NCBI GenBank assembly: GCA_030390025.1
Contig: CM059432.1
Location: forward strand, 96,040,001 to 96,104,000
Length of the DNA stretch: 64,000 nt
Source: Squalus acanthias
Taxonomy: Eukaryota
Reading direction: 5' to 3'
Under the pieces are notes generated by a model. The model did not search any database. It was given only the letters and a program-made list of their open reading frames with translations, and was not told where the DNA came from. Below are positions 36,136 through 47,912 of the stretch, in pieces. The position numbers were made by a program, and so were the translations under genes. The stretch's first letter is position 1. Each line of letters opens with the position of its first letter.

Positions 36136-36971
36136 GGGCGGGGGTTAAATTCGGGAGCACCCACTTTTGGGCACACGGCCCCTGCCCCCCGCCCCGCCCA
36201 ATCCGGCGCAGCATTAGTCCCACGTGCACAAACGGGGAGGTCCGAGGAACCCCTGATATGGAGTCTCTGTGATGTATTATGATGTATTCATACATTATCA
36301 TAATGCGCAGTGCGTCCTTCGTAATAAACACACACATGAACTGGCAACTCATCGTGTTGTTGTCCCTCATGTTCTACCCAAATATACTACAGTCTCGGAC
36401 TTCATCATCATGAAGCCAGTGCTGCGGGAGGAGGTAAATGTTCCACGTTTGGGCCGTGTAAGTACTTCAGCAGATCGTCAGCAGATCGGAAGATCGGGCT
36501 CAGAATCGGGGTCTTTGGAGGAGCGATCGCGTGGTTGAGAGGGAGGGGTTGAGATTCGCGGGGTCTGGTTGTTGGGGCCAGGGGTCGTGAGGAAGATCGG
36601 GAGGCCTGGCAGGTGGAGGTCAGGGATCTCAGGGACCGGGAATGGCGCAATTGTAGTAAGTACTTACCGTTTTTTTATTTAGGCGATGCTTAAAGTTGGT
36701 TTTGTCTGGTGCAGCCAGCACTTGCTGCCTCAGGGCAAACTGATGTTGTAGCAAGGACCAGAAGCAGACATCAGACCCCTTATTTGCATATACAAATGGT
36801 CTAATGCCTGCTTCAGGTGTGGGTAAAGGACGCCTCGTTTGCCCTTATGCAATATGGCGGGCGGAAACTCTCAATCGGCAGTGTGCGCTTGTTTCCTGCC
36901 CGCCATTTTGGTACCATAGGAGGTGGCATAACTCCTGAAAAATGGGCACTACTTGGCCCAATTTAAGTCCC
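36136..36971. mobile_element. Harbinger-type MITE containing a solo LTR
   Basis: ggggttaaattcggg ... gcccaatttaagtccc, G-rich interior, atttgcat motif. Confidence 0.65.
36268..36391 (+). mobile_element. Solo Gypsy LTR (124 bp)
   Basis: TG...CA ends, perfect 5-bp TSD gtctc (36263-67 / 36392-96), internal aataaa, and clear similarity to the LTR at 44125-44260. Confidence 0.88.
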
Positions 36972-38070
36972 ACAGACTTTGTTGAGGACAGTCATAAGTT
37001 TCCTTGAGGATTCCTACTCATTACCAGCTTTTCTCACCATTTTGCCATTTATTTGTCCCAAATTAAATTAGACATAACCATCAAACCAAAGTTAAATATT
37101 TGTAATTGGAGAGCGCTCAGGACCCATACTGTATAGAATTGAGTATGCAAGGTTAAACTCAAAAGTTTTGTCACTTATTGACTTGCTCCTCTGTTGCCAC
37201 TGACCTTTCTGACAAAGAATTAAATTAATTCAGAAAGTCTAATGTCATCAGTAACTTTTGATGGAAACTTTTTATGCAACCATTTCACAACTGATTCTTT
37301 CCTCCCACCCCCACAGGATCATTCTTTCCCAACCATCAGGAATCAATTAGGCCAATTCCTATGACCATTCTTCCTGCAGTTCACAAAGATCACAAACGCA
37401 TCCCTGAGAGTATGGAACTGGTCTCAGGACAAGCGGCAAGTAAATTAGCCCACCTGATATATAAATTGATTGGAATGAAGGTCAGTAAAGTTATCCTGAA
37501 ATGCTTCCAGAATATAGTATAGGGAAAGCATGTATATATGTGGCTGGGCAACATTACAATAGTCTGCTACGTCAACAAGTAGGGGAAGATTCACTTCCTC
37601 TTCCACTCCCAATCCCTTTATTAAGATGCAATCTTACTAGTATCTTGATTACAAGACTACTCGATCAGCGCAGCATTTAGCCAAGGTAGACAACTATAGG
37701 AACAATCAATGCCTATCGTCTCAGAGTTCATCCTTACAAGTGGAAAATCTACCTAGAAGTACTTCAAGACATTTCAGGACTGCAGTTAAAAGCACTTTCA
37801 AATTCTTACTAAAAGATAATTGCCAAAGTTTGTTTTAAAATCACAAATGTACTTAGATAACTCAATGCAAAATTAGTCCATGATAAGCCTTGCGACTGAA
37901 AACAGTGCATTTGACAAAAATATTAATTTTGCTTTACTAGCTGGGCTACCAGCCTCATTCTTTTGCACCTATCACCCGACAGCACTGCCCAGCATGAGAC
38001 AAAGTCCCTATACACAATCATAAGAATCCAGATTAGTCCAGAGAAGTTCCTATGCTCTAACCAACTCTAT

Positions 38071-39443
38071 GGCCAGAATTTTCCGGGGTGTCAGCGGGCG
38101 GGATCGGTGGCGGATCGGGTGAGAAAGTGGCTTTTTTTTGATAGCGGGTTCCCGACCCGCTATCAACTCGCTCCCACATGCCTTTACCGATGTCAGGTCT
38201 GTCAGCGCTGAGCAGACCCGATAGGCAGCGGCGGGCGACCCAATTAAACTAATTATAATGTACTTACCAGACCCTTAACAGGCTTTTTTACTTTACTTTT
38301 TAACTTTAACTTCATGGCCACGGGAACCACGCTGTTCGGTGACCACGTCTATCAACCTGAGGTGGGAGTTCAGTGGCCATTGCTCCAGCTGATTACTTGA
38401 CAGCTTCAAATGTACAGTAAAAGCTCCCACCTGACAGACATCACTTTCCTCAGCCACGAGCTGTTCCTCACTGCACTTCCACAACAGATTCAGCATGTTG
38501 CAAGTCTTTCCACAAGTCTCCATCCAGTCTAACCTCATTACCTCTCTCACCAATGACAGATCGCTTCTGTCATCTGTACTTCACCTGCCATCTATTCCAT
38601 TAGCATGGATGCCATTTATACTGTCTCACCTTGGTCCTCAGAATCGGACCACGATGAACCCCAACACCAGCAGCACCAACAACAACACCAACCTTCTCTG
38701 CAATCACCTGATGCTGCACAGGACACAGGGCATCAGCACCCGAGCACATTGCTGCCCAGGAGGCCAGGGATGGCCTCACCATGGCCAGATTTACTTCACT
38801 TGATGCTGCACACCCTGGCTGTCACATGATGCACCCCACACCAACACCATAAAGCATTCCAAATGACCAAGCCATTCCTTTCACACTCATCGCCATTGCG
38901 GAGGTACCGTTATGTCTCACCAGTCACTGCAACTCACTAAGCCACTTCCAAAGGTGCACACAAATCTGTCCAAGACCTGAAAGAGTTGAAAATAAAGATT
39001 TCAATGTTTGACACCACATTAATAGAAACTTTACATAAACATTGGATAAAACACCCAAGTGGCTACCCTTGTGTGTTGTTAGTTGGTATGATTGCACTAG
39101 GATGAGGGTGAGTGTGAGGAGTGGCTAGTGAGATGGGGAAGTGATAATGTAGATAGAGGGGGATGGGTGGAGGTGCAAGGTAAGTTGGTGTAAGGATGTG
39201 CAGGAGTAGGGTAGGGAAGGCAGAGTGATGGGGATGTGATGAGAGGCACAGCAGGATGAGGCTGAGTGTGGCTTTGTACTAACATTTCATGATCTAATGA
39301 GATCATTGAAACGTTTGCACCACTACACCCAGGTCCTCCTGGCGATATCCCTGCTTGTGCCCTCCTGTGCAATGTGTAACCAGGTTGTTTTGGTCTCCTG
39401 GGGAGGTGTCTTCTGGACATCGTAAGGGAAGAGGACCTCCCAG
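38071..39443. mobile_element. Second copy of the 33743-35500 Harbinger derivative, right end truncated
   Basis: Collinear similarity along its whole length. Starts ggccagaattttcc. Confidence 0.88.
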
Positions 39444-39949
39444 CTTTTTCCTCGATCACAGAAAGAGCCTATGTTAAAGTTCAGTCTCATTCTGCTAGTG
39501 TGGTGATTTGGAAGGAGACTGAGGGACTGCATGCAAACTGGAAAGCTCAAGACTGAAACACTGAGGACTGGCAGTGAAAGTTTCAGTAGGAAGCATGAGA
39601 TCTTGGAGATCATGCAATCTTTTGCAGTGGTATCTGTGAACTGGCAACTGCATGTGTAACCATTGGGGCTCCATAATAAGTATACCGGCAGCACATGCAA
39701 CACAAACATTGATTGTGCCAAGAGGATAAGGTGGTGCTAGAAAGTCCTTCAATGGGGTGGGGTGTCACATTTACCTTGTTCATTCTGGTCAAGTCATTAC
39801 ATTTTTTCCAGCATTAACTTACTGATCTTGGGCTTGTGTTGGTGGTACTCAGTGCTCCAGCCACCTCCCTCCACTGTGCCTGCAATGTGACATGAGATGA
39901 TCTCTTCCCCCTTGCGCCAAAATGTCCTGCCTGCCTTACCCTCATTGTT

Positions 39950-40258
39950 TCCAAAACCCATGACCTCTACCACCTAGAAGGACAAAGGCAGCAGGTGCAT
40001 GGGAACACCATCACCTCCAAGTTCCCCTCCAAGTCACACATCATCCTGACTTGGAAATATATCGCCGTTACTTCCTCGTCACTGTTTAAAAATCCTGGAA
40101 CTCCCTACCTAACAGCACTGTGGGAGTACTTTCACCAGACGGACTGCAATGGTTCAAGAAGGCGGCTCACCACCACCTTCTCAAGAGCGATTAGGAACGG
40201 GCAATAAATGCTGGCCTTGCCAGCGACACCCACATCCCATGAACAAATGAAAAAAAAA
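39950..40258 (+). mobile_element. CR1-clade LINE 3' end (different family)
   Basis: ...KAAHHHLL.. then ggcaataaatgctggccttgccagcgacacccacatccc and an A-tail. The same tail is inverted at 58217-58352. Confidence 0.75.
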
Positions 40259-40343
40259 GTTCTGGGCACCACACCTTAGGAAAGATAAATTGGCCTTGGA
40301 GGGAGTGCAGCCTAGATTTACTTGAATGATACCTGGACTCCAA

Positions 40344-41232
40344 GAGCTGAATTTTAATAGGGAAGGCGGGTTATGAGTGGGAGGGGGCTCCGAGGCAGTC
40401 AGGATATCCGGAAGAGCGGGGCGGCCGTAAAGAGGATCAGGGCCCGTGTTTGGCTGTAGGAGCGGAGTGGGGGTGGCATCGGAAAGAGGATTGGGGGTGA
40501 GCCGGAGAAGCAGTGAAGGGGGGGGCGGGAGAGGGGGGCGTCATAAAGACAATCGAGTGTCGGGGTTCAGCTGGAGGAGCTGGGGGGGCATCGGAAAGAG
40601 GATCAGGGGCCGGGGGGGCGGCCGGAGGAGCAGTGTGGGTGGGGGGGGGGGTGGGCAGAGGGGCGTCGGAAGAAGATCGGGGGCCGGGAGCAACAGAGGG
40701 CATGGGGGTGTCTGAAATTTTCGTGGTCCGGGAGCAGCATGGGAGGGGCTGGGTGTGGGGAAGCCTCGTGGGGAAGCCTCGTGGGGGGATCGGCAGCCTT
40801 GGGGGGAATGGAAGGCCTCGTGTGGGTATCGGAGACTTGGAGAGGCGGGATTGGAGGCCGTGGACATCAGAGGCCTCATGGGGGTGGGGTCTCCGATCAC
40901 GTGGCGGGGTGGGGGGGGTGGGGTGGTGTTAGGTAGGGACCCTGGATCCTGAAGTCCTTGCCTTGCATTAGCTGGTGGGTTTCATTAGACATGCTAAACC
41001 CGACCAGCTAACGTTAAATTCAAAATGGAAGTTAAATCAGAGGTTTCCAGCCTCCTTATAATATTTAAATAGATGGTCCCGCCTCCTGGCAGCGGATTGG
41101 CTGCCCAACCCCGTCCCACCTCCATTAAAACCGGAAGTAGGGCGGGTTCCGATCGGGATTCAGATTTTTAACACTTTAACTTCCTACCCGACCCCAACCC
41201 ACCCGTTTTTTTAGGTTAAAATTCCCTCCCCG
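40344..41232. mobile_element. Harbinger-type MITE with G-rich interior, inserted into a CR1 fragment (40260-41435)
   Basis: gagctgaattttaa ... ttaaaattccctccccg with 3-bp duplication caa/caa. The CR1 rejoins as ggactccaaggcttaaat. Confidence 0.8.
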
Positions 41233-41469
41233 CAAGGCTTAAATCACGAGAAGAGATTACACAAACTAGAGTTGTATTCCATGGAATTAGATCATTTAGG
41301 GGTGATTTGATTGAAGTTTTCAAGATAGTAAGGGGAACTGATAGGGTAGCTAGAGAGAAACTATTTCAGCTGGTTGAGGAATCTAGGACTAGGGACATAG
41401 CCTAAAAATGGCCTACTCCTGCTCCTATGTTCCCATGGATGCCTTCAGGATAATGGACATTTACTTGTA

Positions 41470-41850
41470 TTACTCTGTACTGAGGTCAGACACCTGAGCA
41501 CTAATCAAATGGAAGCCTTTTCTGGTGAAGCAGGCAATGGATGGAAGGAGCCTCAATGCCACATGGATGTCATCTATTATGGCTTGTGCTCTACCATCCA
41601 GTGCAAGTTCTGTGCCCTCCTTTCCACGGGGAACGTGAAAGTGTTGTCCCTGGCAAGCACTGCATCTGTCACTTGCTTGGCGCATCTATGGACAACAGAT
41701 TGATTGATCTGGAAGACGTGCCCTGCGGTGGTTTAGAAGGTTCTGATGGCACATAAGCTTAATGCTTTCGTAACCTTCACTGCTATGGGAAGCAAAGCAG
41801 GTCTACCTGGAATGGATGGCAATGCTCAGCAACAACTTTGCTTTGAAGTG
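41470..41850 (-). pseudogene. Highly degenerate Harbinger transposase fragment
   Basis: Minus-strand pieces LPIAVKVTKALSL..., INQSVVHRCAKQVTDAVLAR, IIDDIHVALR, FTRKGFH. Confidence 0.7.
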
Positions 41851-42836
41851 GAGGTGGGAAGACAGGTCTTCTGACATATCTAGGAATGTCTAGGTCTGTA
41901 AATGTGGGCCTTCAAATAATGATAGATATGAACATATTGCCTCAGGTATCACCACTGTAAAAAAAAGTATTTTCAAAAAATCTGACTATTCAAAAATGGC
42001 ATGCTCCATAGCAACAAAAACTAATGCACTAAGCAAAATACAACTAAATATTAATGTGTACTGGAAAAATAATTGCAGCAACTTTCTAAAGTCAACCCAG
42101 GCTTTAATAAACCAGCTTCTGCAGGCCAGGCCACTGTATTGTGACCATTTAATATGGTTGGTGGAGCTCAGTAGAAGAATGTGAAATTTGGAATGGGACC
42201 CGTTTTACATAATTTATGTATTAAAATGAGCCTTACACTGACCAACAGCAGAGTCTCCACTCATTGGGCCATTTTTGTCACCGTCAGATGCAGTGGACTG
42301 TGCATCACACGTGCATACCCAATTTCAGGAATTACACATGTCCTTAGTGAGCATCCCCTTCACCAATGCAAAACGGACATGCTGCATAGGAATAAAGAAG
42401 TGTACAGGCCTTGTACTGTATTTTTGACCTGGGTGGGGGAGCTAAAAGATGAAACATAATATAGGTGAATTACTAGAAATTATTCAATGTCATCTGGTTT
42501 CTTGAACTCTCATGATCCCTAAATCAATGTTTAAATAAATAATTCAGTGACAGTGCCATTGTTCCATCTGACCTTTGGTGGACCTGATGATCTGTTAGAG
42601 CAATTCATTTCTTATGATTAATCTACATCACATTTTTATTGAGAAGATTTAGGAGTAATCTTCACAGCCATCAGCTTAGATATATTACACAGCCCACGTT
42701 AAAGCTGATGTAGGTAAACAGCTGCATATAGAGTTATATATTATTCGTACAGAAGAGACTGCACTGGGTGTAGATGCTAATAACACAGCTACTGATCCAA
42801 TGTGAATTTGGACTCCTAAAGAACAAAAAAAAAACC

Positions 42837-43428
42837 TGTCTTGCTCATCCATGACTTTGTTACCTTTAGACTTGACTATTTCACTGCACTCCTGGCTGGC
42901 CACCCATCTTCCACCCTCCATAAATTTAAGGTCATCCAAAACTCGGCTGCCCGTGTCCCAACTCGCACCAAGTCCCGTTCACCCATCACCCCTGTGCTCG
43001 CTGACCTACATTGGCTTCCGGTTAAGCAATGCCTTGATGTTAAAATTCTCATCTTGTTTTCAAATCCCTCCATGGCCTCGTCCCTCCCTATTTCTGTATT
43101 CTCCTCCAGCCCTACAACCCTCCAAGATTTCTGTGCTCCTCCAATTCTGGCCTTTTGAGCAACCCCAATTTTAATCGCTCCACCTTTGGTGGCCGTGCCT
43201 TCAGCTGCCAAGGCCGTAAGCTCTGGAATTCCCTCTCTAAACCTCTCCACCTCGCTACCTCTCTTTCCTCCTTTAAGACGCTCCTTAAAACCTACCTTTT
43301 TGACATCTGCCCTAATATCTCCTTATGTGGCTTGGTGTCAAATTTTGTTTGATAACGATCCTGTGAAGCACCTTGTGACGTTTTACTACGTTAAAGGCGC
43401 TATATAAATACAAGTTGTTGTTGTTGTT
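42837..43428 (+). mobile_element. L2 LINE 3' end
   Basis: LIHDFVTFRLDY..ALLAG.PSSTLHK..VIQNSAARV...PITPVLADLHWLPV, GGRAFS, LWNSL, and a (gtt)n tail. Confidence 0.9.
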
Positions 43429-44124
43429 GATGAAATCATTTACACTCCCGTACCCAGTTTATAGAAGATTTGACACTGAGACATGTACTTGAAGTGAATG
43501 AATTATCCATTTTAACCCATGTGTACTCTATATACACCTTATTTACTCACGGCATTTCAATGAGGAAGATCAGTGCTTAGTTACTAATGCAGCAAGCATA
43601 AGTGCAAATGCAATATATCCTCAGTAAATAAACTGATGCACTATTTATATTATTATAAACACTATAAACAAGTGCAAGCCATAAACCCACTTGAATATAA
43701 ATTATAACAGTGCAAGTGTTGTCAACTAACCGACTCCCTACCTTGTTAACATTTGTTGTTCAGTCTCTTGACTTCAGAGTCAGAATGTGTAGAGGACAGA
43801 AAGAGGAAAAACATGGGAAAGGAACCAAGTCCCCATCTAACCAAACAAATATACTCAGGGTAATTTTCACCCACACCGCTTGGGAGGTAAACTGGCCCGT
43901 TATAGAACCCACCTGATTTTCTTTTCTATTGAAATCAAAGGACATGAAAATTGGGTGGGTTCCATAATGGGTGGGCAATCCACTCTGACAGTTTACTGCA
44001 GGTCTCATCTCTTGCACTTTGATAGCTTCAACTTCTACCTCTCCTTCCTAATTAGGGATGTCTATCTGCAGGCCTTTTTGCAGAGTATAATTGGGGAGCA
44101 TACAGCAGACTTTGATTTATCCAC

Positions 44125-46755
44125 TGTAATGTATTATCACATGGTTTGTCACATGGTTTAGTATGAGCATGCTCAGTTCGCTCTGGCCTAGTAAACAAGC
44201 ACATGGACTAGCAACTCATTGTGTTTCTGTCCTTCATTTGTTCTACCCACATATATTACATTTTGGCGAGAATGGGATCCCAAAGCCATTTTTAGGGATC
44301 ATGGAAGGACACAGTGTTCAACCTTCGAGTGGACAAGTTTAAGGTACACAGGTAGCGTGCTGAGTCACTGTTCGATGGGATCGGGACAATCATGGCCGCG
44401 CCTACGGGATTCATCGGAAACCTCGGCATATATGACTGAGCTCGCGTACCATTCAGTTCTTACATTGAGTGGATGGAGATTTTTTTTTAAGGCCAATAAC
44501 ATTATTGAGATCGAAGGTGCAGATGAGAATGTTCAAGCTCAAAATAAAGTAATTCGTGAACAGAAGAAAGCAATTTTTCTAATGGAGATCGGGCCAGATG
44601 TCTATGGAACATTGACAAACATACTCGCGTCAGGGAAAGCGAAGGATGCTTCGTTTGAAGACAATGTCGAGAAACTCGAGAACCATTCTAGTGGCAATGC
44701 AAAGCAGCGACAACAAAAGGGAGGAGTTCACAATATTGAAGTGAACACACCTGATGTTGAAGAACTAGGCATCTACAGTATCTATGCCATTAGCGGCAAC
44801 GCTAGCAGTCCTGAGAAAGACTTCCATGCAAAACTTTTGATCAACGAGCAATATATTGATATGTGTATCTACATGGCGGCGGACTACTCCATCATGAGTA
44901 AGGACACATATGAGAATAAGTTTAATCAAATACCACTTACAAAGAATACCATAGAGTTAAAAACCTACTCAGGAGAAATCCTAAAGACATGTGGACAAAT
45001 GGAATGTACAGTTCAACACAATAGCCAGTCAGTAAAGCTGCCTATTATTGTAGAGAGCTACAACAACAGGCCAACCCTCATGGGGAAAGACTGGTTGAGA
45101 AAATTAAAACTAGACTGGAAAAACATCTTCAGTGTAGATTCTTCAAAGAAGTGACTCGACACAATGCTGAACAAGTACGAAAGCATGTTCACAGCCAGTT
45201 ATGAGGGCATCACTGGGTATGACGTGCATATCTGCATCAAGTCCAATGCGAAGTGTGTCTATTGTCAGGCAAGGCCGGTCCCCTATGCATTGAAAAGTCA
45301 GGTGGAGGAAGAGCTAGCAAAGCTCAGAGAGAACGGAGTGCTAGTAAAAACTGACAAAAGTGAATGGGCTACCCCGATTGTGGTAGTGCCCAAAGCAGAC
45401 AAAACGGTATGTTTGTGCGGTGACTGCAAAGTTACTATCAACCAAGCAGTTGACGATAAGCAGTACCCGTTACCTACATCGCAAGCTTTGTATGCAGCAC
45501 TCTCTGGGTCAAAGGTTTTCTCCAAGCTTGACCTGTCGCACGCTTACGCTCAGCTGAATGTTGACAAAGAGTCAACAGTATCTCACTATCAACACACACA
45601 AGGGACTGTACTCATACACCAAGCTGCCATATGGTGTAAAGTCCTCCCCCAAAATCTTCCAGGCTACGATGGATAAGATTTTGCAAGGAGTTCCAAATTG
45701 CTGATGCAACTGCAGCAACTCACCAAGGCTTCTTCAGCAGCACCTCTCACACATTGAATGGATGGACTGATTAGTGTCTGGACACAGAGTTGAAACCATT
45801 CCATAACTGTCGTACTGAATTGTCTTGTGAGCAAGGTTGTATCAAGTGGGGAAACAGAGTGGTGGTACCTACTTCTTTGAGGAATAGAATTCTGGCTGAA
45901 CTTCATACTGACCATCCAGGGATCGTCAGTATAAAATCAATGGCAAGAAGCTTTGTTTATTGGCCTGGATTGGACAGTGATCTTGAATCGCTTGTCAGCA
46001 AATGCAGTGTTTGCCAAAATTGCAGAAACAAACCACCCAAAACTTCACTACAACCCTGGTCATGGCCAAGTAGACCTTTTCAGAGAGTACATGTAGACTT
46101 CTGTGAGAAAGCAAATGATTATTTCCTGGTACTTGTAGATAGTCACTCAAAGTGGATTGAAGTGAAACACATGGGTTCAAATACTACAACTGAACGTACC
46201 ATAGATGAGTTGAGGTCTATCTTCGCATGTCATGGCTTACCTGAAGAGCTTGTTTCTGACAATGGCCCTCAGTTCCGTTCTGCTCTATTCCAAGAGTTTA
46301 TGAAATGGAATGGTATCAAACACACTCTCGTTTCACCATATCATCCAGCTTCAAACGGAGCAGCCGAAAGGTCAGTAAGAATCGTAAAAGAAGCTCTCAA
46401 AAAGCAAGTGCTGCAGGGTTGTTCGGGACTCAGCATGAAGCAATGTTTGGCAAATTTCTTGCTGAACTACTCCGCACACAACTGGACATACCCCAGCAGA
46501 ACTCTTGATGAAGAGGAGATTGAGAACACGATTGAGACTTGTTCAACCAAATTTGGCCTCAAGAGTTGAACGGAAACAGTTGAGTCAGAAACTTTATTAT
46601 GACAGCAATCAGAAAGAACGCGGTTTCAAACAAAATGAGTGTTCGTGTTCTCAGTCCCCCTAGAAAGTCGAGTTCACACAAGTGGGATGTAGGAGCCTTA
46701 GTAAAGGTTGGTGGAACCAAGAGATATTTGGTTGAAATTGGTGACAACATCTGAA
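44125..46755 (+). mobile_element. Gypsy LTR retrotransposon relic: 136-bp 5' LTR (44125-44260), PBS, deleted gag, protease, partial RT, integrase; no 3' LTR
   Basis: LTR TGTAATGTAT...ATATATTACA followed by tggcgagaatgggat. RT motifs WATPIVVVPK, LCGDCKVTIN, YPLP, FSKLDL. Integrase H-H-C-C plus VHVDF / VSDNGPQF / NGAAERSV. Order PR-RT-IN. Protease active-site Asp apparently lost (IYMAA). Confidence 0.93.
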
Positions 46756-47781
46756 CCACAGTTTGAACAACCCTTCCATTGTATATTTATGGGCCACAGT
46801 TTGAACACCCCTTCCATTGTATATTTATGGGCTACAGTTTGAACACCCCTTCCATTGTATGTTTATGGGCCACAGTTTGAACACCCCTTCCATTGTATAT
46901 TTATGGGCTACAGTTTGAACACCCCTTCCATTGTATATTTATGGGCTACAGTTTGAACAACCCTTCCATTGTATATTTATGGGCTACAGTTTGAACACCC
47001 CTTCCATTGTATATTTATGGGCTACAGTTTGAACACCCCTTCCATTGTATATTTATGGGCCACAGTTTGAACAACCCTTCCATTGTATATTTATGGGCTA
47101 CAGTTTGAACACCCCTTCCATTGTATATTTATGGGCCACAGTTTGAACACCCCTTCCATTGTATATTTATGGGCCACAATTTGAACAACCCTTCCATTGT
47201 ATATTTATGGGCTACAGTTTGAACACCCCTTCCATTGTATATTTATCGGCCACAATTTGAACAACCCTTCCATTGTATATTTATGGGCCACAGTTTGAAC
47301 ACCCCTTCCATTGTATATTTATGGGCTACAGTTTGAACACCCCTTCCATTGTATATTTATGGGCCACAGTTTGAACACCCCTTCCATTGTATATTTATGG
47401 GCCACAATTTGAACAACCCTTCCATTGTATATTTATGGGCTACAGTTTGAACACCCCTTCCATTGTATATTTATCGGCCACAATTTGAACAACCCTTCCA
47501 TTGTATATTTATGGGCCACAGTTTGAACACCCCTTCCATTGTATATTTATGGGCCACAGTTTGAACACCCCTTCCATTGTATATTTATGGGCCACAGTTT
47601 GAACAACCCTTCCATTGTATATTTATGGGCCACAATTTGAACAACCCTTCCATTGTATATTTATGGGCCACAGTTTGAACAACCCTTCCATTGTATATTT
47701 ATGGGCCACAGTTTGAACACCCCTTCCATTGTATATTTATGGGCTACAGTTTGAACAACCCTTCCATTGTATATTTATGGG
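46756..47781. repeat. Minisatellite, 27 x 38 bp (ccacagtttgaacaccccttccattgtatatttatggg)
   Basis: Period 38 over 1026 bp, with only a few recurrent variant positions. Confidence 0.97.
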
Positions 47782-47878
47782 CGAGCACTTTGCTGTGTAC
47801 AAGTTGCAATTGTCACCTTCAGTCTCTCTATAATTAATTCCCATTGTTAAGTAGTCCTGCTCCATACATTACACTGTT

Positions 47879-47912
47879 GGGGGGCGGGGGGGGGGGGGGG
47901 GGGGGGGCGGGG
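47879..47912 (+). repeat. Poly-G tract
   Basis: Nearly pure G run, directly visible. Confidence 0.9.

Noticed and set aside
40437..40952. Pro- and Gly-rich ORFs
   Set aside because: Artefacts of G-rich low-complexity sequence within a MITE.
46756..47781. 38-bp array as a CRISPR array
   Set aside because: Units are head-to-tail with no unique spacers, there are no cas genes, and the context is eukaryotic.
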